Source: Candidatus Atelocyanobacterium thalassa isolate ALOHA
GTDB taxonomy: Bacteria; Cyanobacteriota; Cyanobacteriia; Cyanobacteriales; Microcystaceae
Length of the DNA: 32,000 nucleotides
NCBI RefSeq assembly: GCF_000025125.1
Contig: NC_013771.1
Location: 930,001 to 962,000, forward strand
Direction of reading: 5' to 3'
Shown here: positions 1 through 7,851 of the stretch, piece by piece
Position numbering within the stretch: the first letter of the stretch is position 1
How the letters are laid out: each line of letters opens with the position of its first letter
Notes under the pieces: model-generated
Told to the model about the DNA's origin: nothing
Seen by the model: the letters and a program-made list of their open reading frames with translations, nothing else
Database searches by the model: none
Position numbers and translations under genes: made by a program

Positions 1-2153
1 GTATATTTGAAGGTTGGAGTGAGGTGATACCTTCTGTTTATAGATTAAAAGCAGCAGTTCAAAATAAAGAGAAGGTTATTATCTGCGGGAAAGAAGGTCT
101 TAACAGCATCATAAGTACAAGTTTATTGTGGGAAGGGCTGGGAAATTTTTTGATACCTTACACTCAGCTTAATTATTATATTCCTAGCTATAGCACTAGA
201 TGCCATGGTTTTAATACTGCATCGATAAAACAATTCGCTATTGAAGAAGTAAATTTAATTATTACTTGTGGCATAAAAGATTTTAGTCTGCAAGATCTTA
301 GTCTTGCCAAATCTTTTGGTATTGATATTATTGCAATAGGCAGAAACATTAACCCCGTTAATTTAAAGGATCTTATATATACTATTGATTCTTATTCTTT
401 ATCTGTAGATCATCCTTTCTTTGATCTTTCAGAAACTTCATTAGCATATAAATTAATTGAATCTCTTCACACCGAAATTCCTAAGACACCAAGCGATAAT
501 TTAGATAATTTACTAGACTTAGTAGCCATTAATTCAATTTCTACTTTATTGAAATTAAATATAGAGTTGAGATATTTAACTAAAAAAGGTATTCAAAATT
601 TACAAAAGCAACTAAAAAATCCTAGTAGGCCTGGAATAGCTTATTTACTCTATCTGTGTAAACTATCTGGAAACCGCCCAACTGATATTTGTTTTGGGAT
701 TGGTTCTAGGATTAATTCTGTTTGTTGTGTCAATAAAAGTTCTAGTTTTCTGATAGAGTTACTGACTAACAAAGATAAAGATTATTCTGAAAAACTTGCT
801 CTTGAAGCTGAATTAGCTAACATTCGATGTAATAACCTACAGCAATATATTATTAGAAATATTAGGCAAACTTTAAAAGCTATTGATTTATCTATAACTC
901 AGGTTATTGTTCTAGAAAATCCTGAATGGGAGAGTGAAATATTGAAATTAATTGTTCAAGAAGTTTCATGTGAATATAATAAGCCAACAATTTTATTGAC
1001 AACCGTGGAATGTAAAGAAAATGAACAACAAAATTTAAATTTTTCCAAAGGATATGCATATTCTTCTAATAATATCAGTTCCTATGAATTGATATCTTCT
1101 CAACATGATCTACTGTATTCATTTTATGGAGAAGAATACTCAGATTTAGTTGATTTAAGTTTAAGTAATGAAAATATTCCTTTATTTAGAGAAAGAGCCA
1201 ATCAATACTTACGACAAAAATATGTTGAAATTGATACCTCAAAGTCTATAGTTGAGACTGATTTGACAGTTACAGTTTCTCAACTCGGACAATCTTTATT
1301 TCGAGAATTAAAAATTTTAGAGCCTTACGGTATAGGTAACCTGGTTCCTAAATTACTTATTAAAAATTGTTATCTTAAAATTTCTAAAAATAATAACGGC
1401 AAAACTTTTAAAAATCATAATTTAAAATATGTAAAAACTGAGTTTACTCTTTATGACTCTTCTACTAAAAAAGGATTTCCTGGAGTTTGGTGGGGGCACT
1501 CTAAGGGGGAACTACAGAATAAAGAGGATATAAAATATGATGTTATCGTCGAGCTAGGTTATAGCAACTTACAACCTGGAAATTATGAAGTGCGCTTAAT
1601 CGAAATTCAAGAAATTTCACATCATCTTGACTCCAAAAAGACAAGAATCAATTTATTAGATTATAGAAATGATAAAATTACTTTTAACAATATAAACAAT
1701 GGATCTTTTGAGCTTTTTAAGTTCTGTCCTGTTGATTGGTCAGAATTATTAAATATATATGAAAAAAGCTGTAAGAATTTTCAAGATCTAGCTTTATCGT
1801 ACTCATTCAACGTTGATTCAAGTTCTATCGATACAATTCAAAAAGCTATTGACATTGCTAATTTTTTATCTTCTAATAATCAAAAAATTACAAGGAAAAA
1901 ATTGCGAAAAGTCTTATCTCTAAGTGATTTTAGCTTAGATTTAATGTTAGATTTTTTAGGGAAATTTGGATTTTTAATTAATAAAGATAATAAAAAATTA
2001 TCTTTTCGTACTATAGTAAGTACAAAGTCTCAACACCAAACTTTTTTGCAAAAGCTTAATGAAGTCATTGAAGAAGAAAATTTTAAAAAAAGATATTTTT
2101 CTCAAATTTCTCTAGAAATACTAGAACAAGTTTTAACTGACGGTAATCTTTAA
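1..2153 (+). CDS. recJ: RecJ-family (DHH/DHHA1) ssDNA exonuclease homologue, 5'-partial, catalytic motifs degenerate
   Basis: The frame of the 24..2153 ORF stays open back to base 3 (IFEGWSE precedes the GTG). The motif-I-equivalent block sits only ~25 aa into the track ORF, so the gene starts upstream of the window. RecJ-specific blocks are recognisable: DLVAINSISTLL, PGIAYLL, FGIGSRINS, LEPYGIGNLVPKL. The metal-ligand motifs are replaced (see findings). Confidence 0.65.
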   Translation, partial: IFEGWSEVIPSVYRLKAAVQNKEKVIICGKEGLNSIISTSLLWEGLGNFLIPYTQLNYYIPSYSTRCHGFNTASIKQFAIEEVNLIITCGIKDFSLQDLSLAKSFGIDIIAIGRNINPVNLKDLIYTIDSYSLSVDHPFFDLSETSLAYKLIESLHTEIPKTPSDNLDNLLDLVAINSISTLLKLNIELRYLTKKGIQNLQKQLKNPSRPGIAYLLYLCKLSGNRPTDICFGIGSRINSVCCVNKSSSFLIELLTNKDKDYSEKLALEAELANIRCNNLQQYIIRNIRQTLKAIDLSITQVIVLENPEWESEILKLIVQEVSCEYNKPTILLTTVECKENEQQNLNFSKGYAYSSNNISSYELISSQHDLLYSFYGEEYSDLVDLSLSNENIPLFRERANQYLRQKYVEIDTSKSIVETDLTVTVSQLGQSLFRELKILEPYGIGNLVPKLLIKNCYLKISKNNNGKTFKNHNLKYVKTEFTLYDSSTKKGFPGVWWGHSKGELQNKEDIKYDVIVELGYSNLQPGNYEVRLIEIQEISHHLDSKKTRINLLDYRNDKITFNNINNGSFELFKFCPVDWSELLNIYEKSCKNFQDLALSYSFNVDSSSIDTIQKAIDIANFLSSNNQKITRKKLRKVLSLSDFSLDLMLDFLGKFGFLINKDNKKLSFRTIVSTKSQHQTFLQKLNEVIEEENFKKRYFSQISLEILEQVLTDGNL

Positions 2154-2377
2154 ATTGGCAGGATAAACTTCTTGTTAACAATTAAAAAATTTATGTTATT
2201 TACTAAAACTTGAAAACAATGCATTTTATTAATTGATATAATTAGTTAGAAAATAAAAAATATTATAATTAATAATTTTTTGAGCTTTTCCTATGACACA
2301 TGAAGAGCTTATATTTAAAATAAATATAGACGAAATTAAAAAAGTATTCTATTAAAATCGTAAAATGACATAGAATT

Positions 2378-2428
2378 ATTAATCTTAAAATCGAATAAGA
2401 ATAGTTCTTATTCGATTTTAAGATTAAT
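2378..2428. terminator. 24-bp perfect inverted repeat with 3-nt centre, between convergent genes; probable bidirectional terminator or RNA-stability hairpin
   Basis: ATTAATCTTAAAATCGAATAAGAA (2378-2401), TAG, TTCTTATTCGATTTTAAGATTAAT (2405-2428). The arms are exact reverse complements, checked base by base. It lies between the recJ-like stop (2153) and the minus-strand methyltransferase stop (2493). Confidence 0.55.
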
Positions 2429-2492
2429 TGGTGATTAAATAAAATATTAATCATATCTTATTTGACAATAAACTTATGTTAGATATCTTATC

Positions 2493-3692
2493 TTAGGGAT
2501 TAACAGGAAAATAAAACTGAATACCTTTATCTATTAGGTGTTGATTATTAGCTAAAATTTCTTTTTTAAAATTCCAAGCTAAAACATAATAAATATCAGG
2601 TAATTCTTTTAATTCTTTTTCTATTAAAATTGGAATGTGCATGCCTGGAGAATAAAGACCTCTCCTAAGCTCATTTTTTTCAACTAAATAATTCAAGTAT
2701 TGTGTTCCTACTCCAAAATAATTTAGCATTGTATTTCCTTTTACAGGAGCACCGAATCCCCAGATTTGTTTACCTTCTTTTTTAGCTTTATCTAAAAATT
2801 CTAAGTTATCAACTTTCATTTTTTGAATTCTTTTAGCAAAATTTAAGTAGGTAAGAAATTCATTGCTTTTATCATCTACTTCTGCTTTGCGCATCTCTAA
2901 TAATCGTTTACTAGGATTCTTCTTCCCTTTGTGAGTTACAAATCCAATAATTGATCCACCATGGATAGGTGATAAATATGCGTCAAACATTGATAAATTA
3001 TGACGCTCTAGTAGAACCTCTATAGTGTTTAAATTATAGTACAAAAGATGTTCATGATATATTTGATCAAATGCTAGATTGTCCACAATTTTTTTCATGT
3101 AAAGAAATTGGACTACGAAAACACCATTTTCTTCTAATGCTTCTTTTATTCCTTCAGTAACAGAATGTAGTTCTTCTAAGTGGAAGAAAACTCCTGCTGC
3201 ATTGATAACATCAAATTTTTTATTGAGGGATTTTACTAAATCTAGATTAAAGAAATCATTGACTGTTGGAACATTATCATCATTAGCTATCTTTGCAGTT
3301 TTTTTAGATGATTCTACTCCTAACACTTCATAGTTTAAAGCTTGAAAATGTTTTAATTGGGTTCCATCATTAGAACCTATATCTAGAACAGACTTAGAAA
3401 GAGAATTTTTAAAAAATTTACTATCAACTTCATGAGCAATACTCTTGAAATGCTCGCTCAAAGATTGTGTTACCCCAGATAAGTAAGTATGGTCTCCAAA
3501 CATTATCTCTTTTTTGACAGTATAATCAAGCTGTACTGTACCGCAATTATGGCAATACAACACCCTTAAAGGGTAGAATGGTTCTTTTCCTATTGACTGG
3601 GGTTCTAAGAAGTTATTGCACCAAGGTTGATGCCCTAAATCAATAGCTAGTTCTAGATCTGTAGAATCACAGACGCGACAAATATTATTCAA
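2493..3692 (-). CDS. SAM-dependent C-methyltransferase with N-terminal zinc ribbon (NDP-hexose C-methyltransferase-like, TylCIII/EryBIII type)
   Basis: An N-terminal Cys4 pattern (CRVC...CHNC) is followed by the SAM-binding motif VLDIGSNDG and a long C-terminal domain typical of sugar C-methyltransferases. The first codon is TTG (reverse complement of 3690-3692), 8 nt downstream of AGGAG. Confidence 0.75.
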   Translation of the reverse strand: MNNICRVCDSTDLELAIDLGHQPWCNNFLEPQSIGKEPFYPLRVLYCHNCGTVQLDYTVKKEIMFGDHTYLSGVTQSLSEHFKSIAHEVDSKFFKNSLSKSVLDIGSNDGTQLKHFQALNYEVLGVESSKKTAKIANDDNVPTVNDFFNLDLVKSLNKKFDVINAAGVFFHLEELHSVTEGIKEALEENGVFVVQFLYMKKIVDNLAFDQIYHEHLLYYNLNTIEVLLERHNLSMFDAYLSPIHGGSIIGFVTHKGKKNPSKRLLEMRKAEVDDKSNEFLTYLNFAKRIQKMKVDNLEFLDKAKKEGKQIWGFGAPVKGNTMLNYFGVGTQYLNYLVEKNELRRGLYSPGMHIPILIEKELKELPDIYYVLAWNFKKEILANNQHLIDKGIQFYFPVNP

Positions 3693-3993
3693 AATTTTTC
3701 TCCTAAATAAAATATAAATAAAGCTAATTTGAAGTTTTAAAACATTTTTTACATATCACTCTAATAGCTTTAATGATTCTTCTATTTTTATTGAAGTAGA
3801 CCATAAAAAACTTTATAAAGCAAACTACTTATATTTTTAATCTTCTAAAGGTATAAATAACCCTGTGTAAAAAATGAATATTGTTTAAATAAATTTTTAG
3901 ATAATTAATGTATGAATTCTCTATTAAATAAGTATTTTAGTAAAGTAGCTACTATTAATTATTCGTACTAATTAACTCATATTAACAGTATAT

Positions 3994-4926
3994 TCACTTT
4001 TGTAAAAAACCTAGTTTCTCACGCACTAAATATAAAGGACGATGCTTATCTTCACGATAAATTCTTCCAATATATTCACCTATAACCCCTAAGAATACTA
4101 GTTGAGTTCCACCAACAAATAAGATTGCGATAAAAGATAAGGTCCATCCAGGTACCCAGCTTAAAGTAAACAATCTCACAAATAAAGCATAAAATATACC
4201 AATAACAGATAATGTTACAGTAGAAAGACCTGCCCAAGTTGCTAATCTTAAAGGAACTAAAGAAAATGACAATATACCATCAGCTGCAAAACGTATCATC
4301 TTAAAAAGTGGATATTTACTAACTCCAGCTAGACGAGGACTACGCTGATAAGGAATTGCTATTTGATGGAATCCTACCCAACTAACCATTCCACGCAAGA
4401 AACGATCACGTTCTGGCATCATTTTAAGAGCTTCAACAACTCGCCGATCTATTAATCGAAAATCTCCAGTGTCAATAGGAATTGTCACATCAGACATATA
4501 ATTCATTACACGATAAAAAGCCTTCGCACTCCATAGTTTAAAGGCAGTTTCCCCTTGCCTATCCGTCCTTACACCATATACAACATCATAGCCTTGAAAC
4601 CATTGGAATATCATATCTTTAATGATTTCAGGGGGATCTTGTAAATCAGCATCAATCAAAACCACAGCATCTCCTGAAGTATGATCTAGCCCTGCAGTAA
4701 CAGCCATTTGATGTCCAAAATTACGAGATAAAAAAATTACTTTTACTCGTTCATTATCATATTGTATTTCTCGTAGAATTTCTACTGTCCTATCTTGACT
4801 ACCATCATCAACATAAACTAACTCAAATTCAAGATTTAAATTATTTAGTACAGCTACCAAACGGCTATGAGCTTCTTGAATAACTTCTTGTTCGTTATAG
4901 CAAGGAATAACAATTGAAATAAGCAC
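3994..4926 (-). CDS. GT2 polyprenyl-phosphate glycosyltransferase (GtrB/ArnC/DPM1-like)
   Basis: Motifs VIPCYNE, VDDGSQD and DADLQDPPE, then two C-terminal hydrophobic helices, match the GtrB/ArnC architecture. A GTG start is preceded by AAGGA 8 nt upstream. Confidence 0.85.
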   Translation of the reverse strand: MLISIVIPCYNEQEVIQEAHSRLVAVLNNLNLEFELVYVDDGSQDRTVEILREIQYDNERVKVIFLSRNFGHQMAVTAGLDHTSGDAVVLIDADLQDPPEIIKDMIFQWFQGYDVVYGVRTDRQGETAFKLWSAKAFYRVMNYMSDVTIPIDTGDFRLIDRRVVEALKMMPERDRFLRGMVSWVGFHQIAIPYQRSPRLAGVSKYPLFKMIRFAADGILSFSLVPLRLATWAGLSTVTLSVIGIFYALFVRLFTLSWVPGWTLSFIAILFVGGTQLVFLGVIGEYIGRIYREDKHRPLYLVREKLGFLQK

Positions 4927-5013
4927 TATTTACATCCTTTTAGGCTCTAAAAAATTTAAGACAAGTGAATTATTTATTTTAATACGAATAATTTGATTAT
5001 TTCTAAAATATAG

Positions 5014-5886
5014 TTATTTTTGAGGTGGTATTCCATACAAAGTATGTTCTTCCATACTTAAGGTATAACCCAAGGAATATAAAAAAGGTTGAATTGTCAG
5101 TAAAGAGGATTTTCCAGTCTTCACATCAGCATGAATGTCTATACAAAGATAAGGTAAATAAGTTTGTAAAGTTTTCTTTGCACCTTGTAGCGCATAAAAT
5201 TCAAATCCTTCAATATCAATTTTAATAGCTGATGGTTTTATTGACTCTTGAGCAATATATTCATCTAACGTTATCGTTTTCACTGTATAAGTAGTAGATT
5301 TTGTATTTGTATGAATATTAATATCCGATACCAAGGTTGAAGTATCAGAAGCCCAACATGAATCACTATCTTTATTGTATTCAATAAATTCAGCAGATCC
5401 TGATTGATCAGAAATTGCATCAGGCACAATCATAACATTAGAAATATTATTTAAATTTAAAACTTTTTCTAAAATCTGTTGAGTATTTTTTGCAGGTTCA
5501 AAAGCATAAACTGCTCCCTTATCTCCAACAGCTCGACTTAAAGGTAAGCTGATAACCCCAAAAGATGCACCAATATCTAGTACAGTATCTCCATATTTTA
5601 CTTTAGAACATAACCATTGTGCACAGTGCTCTTCTACTGAGAAATTAAGCTTTTTCTCTGGTAGAGGCAGTAAACAATGTTGGTAAGTTTGTAAAATTTC
5701 AATTGGAGATAAAATTTCAATTGCATTTAAGGAACATTGAATTACACTTCCAGGCTTAATATTGTTTAAAAGATCTTTAATTGTTTCACGTTTCTGATCT
5801 TTTAAAATTTGATCAAGAGCATTCAAAATATCAATAGTGCCTATAATTTTACGTAACTTATTTATTAGGTAGTTTTTAATTCCCAT
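5014..5886 (-). CDS. FkbM-family SAM-dependent methyltransferase
   Basis: VLDIGASFGVISLPLS ... YAFEP ... AISDQSGSAEF ... IDIEGFE is the characteristic FkbM-family pattern. ATG start. Confidence 0.7.
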   Translation of the reverse strand: MGIKNYLINKLRKIIGTIDILNALDQILKDQKRETIKDLLNNIKPGSVIQCSLNAIEILSPIEILQTYQHCLLPLPEKKLNFSVEEHCAQWLCSKVKYGDTVLDIGASFGVISLPLSRAVGDKGAVYAFEPAKNTQQILEKVLNLNNISNVMIVPDAISDQSGSAEFIEYNKDSDSCWASDTSTLVSDINIHTNTKSTTYTVKTITLDEYIAQESIKPSAIKIDIEGFEFYALQGAKKTLQTYLPYLCIDIHADVKTGKSSLLTIQPFLYSLGYTLSMEEHTLYGIPPQK

Positions 5887-6066
5887 ACTTTTTTTAAGTT
5901 GCCAATCGAAATAAATCTAACATTAAAATATTAATTTAGAAGACTTCTAATCATATGTTCGAAGTTCCTTGAAATTAAAATAATTACTCTTTTTTATATT
6001 TATATTTATGATATATGCGTATAGGCACTGAGAATCAAGAATCAAATTATATTTATCAAATTAGGT

Positions 6067-7851
6067 ATGCATTCCAAAAAATTTAAACTTGAAAAATTTT
6101 CATCACAAATATTGTTTGTATCTTTAATAATCATTTATTATTTAATTGGTTTTTATTTAATACAACAAACATCAATCACTTCAGATGAATCTGCTTATAT
6201 AGGTGCTGCTTATTCTTATATACAAGGTCTTGGCTTAAATCAGGAACATCCTCTCTTCTTAAAACTAATTGATTCAGTAGTTTTTAACTTATTTTTCCCA
6301 GATAATGAAGCTTCAATTCCGACCATTAATTTTATTTTAGGACAAGAGAATATTGAAACTCGTTTAGCTGCTTTTAATGTAGGCTATGAGCTATTAATGA
6401 AAGATTCTATAGCTTTTAACAGAATCATTTTCGGGTTACGTTTTATTCATTTATTTTTTAATAGTCTTATTTTTATATGGTTTTACTTATATACTTTCAT
6501 ATTCCGTGAAATTAATTCTATTATTTCTATAATTTTTCTTATCCTATATACTTTTTCCCCTAGTTTCTATAGTCATAATTTTTTAATTACTTTCGATGTT
6601 AGTGTTAGCTTGTATGCGATGCTGTTTGCTTTGAGTTTCTCTTTTTTTATGAAATCTTTTGTCCGAGGGGGAAGTAAATTTCTAGCAGCACATTTTGTTT
6701 TATCTTTTTCTCTTTTATTTATTGCTATTAATGTAAAGTTCAGCAATCTAGTCCTCATACCAATAATAGGCTTAACATATGCCATATACAGTATTTACTT
6801 AATTATCAAAAGACGTAGGCAGAAATTTTTATATATAACGTTATTAGGAAGTTTTAGTTTACTATTTCAGGCTATTTTAATTGCTTTAATGTATGGTTGG
6901 GCATTTAGAAATTTACCTAATACATCTCTACTGAATAAATTTCTAAATATTTATATTCAAGGTATTGGCATGAATTTAAGTACATCAAAAGGTATAAGAG
7001 AACCTTTCGTAGACGGAAAATTTATATCAACAACAGCAATTGATTACTTATTAAAAATTTTTTGGTTTAAGGAAAATTTAGTCTTGCTAATAATAGGAGT
7101 TTTTCTTTTATTAGTTTTTATAGGCAACATGTTATTTAGAAAATATTCTATGCAGAAAATTTTTAAATCTTACACCAATAAAGAAACATTGCTATTGATT
7201 AGCATAGTTTCTATGTATCCAATAATCTATTTATTAATAAGTAGTAGTAGCCGTTTTATCATTGGATACAGATATTTCTATCCTATTATTATATTTATCT
7301 ATTTATTATTTGCTGTCCTATTGTTTGCCTTGCACTACAGATGGAAAAAATATGTCTTATTAGTGCTGTTAATATCATATATGTATGTAGGAACTATTGG
7401 AATTCCTCAATCTTTAAGTTATGTTAATCCTGTTTGGAGTAAAGAGAAATGGAAATTAGCTGATGATTCTACTATTAATTGGGGACAAGAAACACAACAT
7501 GCAGTGGAGTACTTACTGCAGAATAAATTATTGCCAGAAAATAATAAAAATACTCTTATCTATCAACTCTTTGGTGTTAATATTAGTTTTGTACAATATC
7601 TCGAGCTATTAAGCAAAAATTATAAGTATCCTATTAACATTCAATCTTATTATCAATCTACACTTGATTTAAGAAATAAAGAGATTACTAAGCTACCTTA
7701 CAAATATTTGCTAATTGATAGTACTGTAAAACAGCAGATATATGTAGAAAAAAACAATAATCTTGCTGCTTCTCAAAACTGGAACTTTTTAATAAAAAGA
7801 AAACCAATTTATTCACATAATAATATTATTTATATTTATCGAATTCAATGA
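6067..7851 (+). CDS. GT-C fold, lipid-carrier-dependent glycosyltransferase (GT39/ArnT/PMT_2-like), polytopic membrane protein
   Basis: There are many hydrophobic segments. The first extracytoplasmic loop, SDESAYIGAAYSYIQGLGLNQEHPLFLKLI, matches the DE...(E)HPPLxK signature of Pmt/ArnT-type enzymes. The gene is extremely AT-rich. Confidence 0.65.
   Translation: MHSKKFKLEKFSSQILFVSLIIIYYLIGFYLIQQTSITSDESAYIGAAYSYIQGLGLNQEHPLFLKLIDSVVFNLFFPDNEASIPTINFILGQENIETRLAAFNVGYELLMKDSIAFNRIIFGLRFIHLFFNSLIFIWFYLYTFIFREINSIISIIFLILYTFSPSFYSHNFLITFDVSVSLYAMLFALSFSFFMKSFVRGGSKFLAAHFVLSFSLLFIAINVKFSNLVLIPIIGLTYAIYSIYLIIKRRRQKFLYITLLGSFSLLFQAILIALMYGWAFRNLPNTSLLNKFLNIYIQGIGMNLSTSKGIREPFVDGKFISTTAIDYLLKIFWFKENLVLLIIGVFLLLVFIGNMLFRKYSMQKIFKSYTNKETLLLISIVSMYPIIYLLISSSSRFIIGYRYFYPIIIFIYLLFAVLLFALHYRWKKYVLLVLLISYMYVGTIGIPQSLSYVNPVWSKEKWKLADDSTINWGQETQHAVEYLLQNKLLPENNKNTLIYQLFGVNISFVQYLELLSKNYKYPINIQSYYQSTLDLRNKEITKLPYKYLLIDSTVKQQIYVEKNNNLAASQNWNFLIKRKPIYSHNNIIYIYRIQ

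Noticed and set aside
2269-2454. 61-aa ORF in the recJ / methyltransferase gap
   Set aside because: It is translated across the 51-bp palindrome. It has an I/L/F/Y/N/K-only composition and no ribosome-binding site, so it is most likely non-coding.
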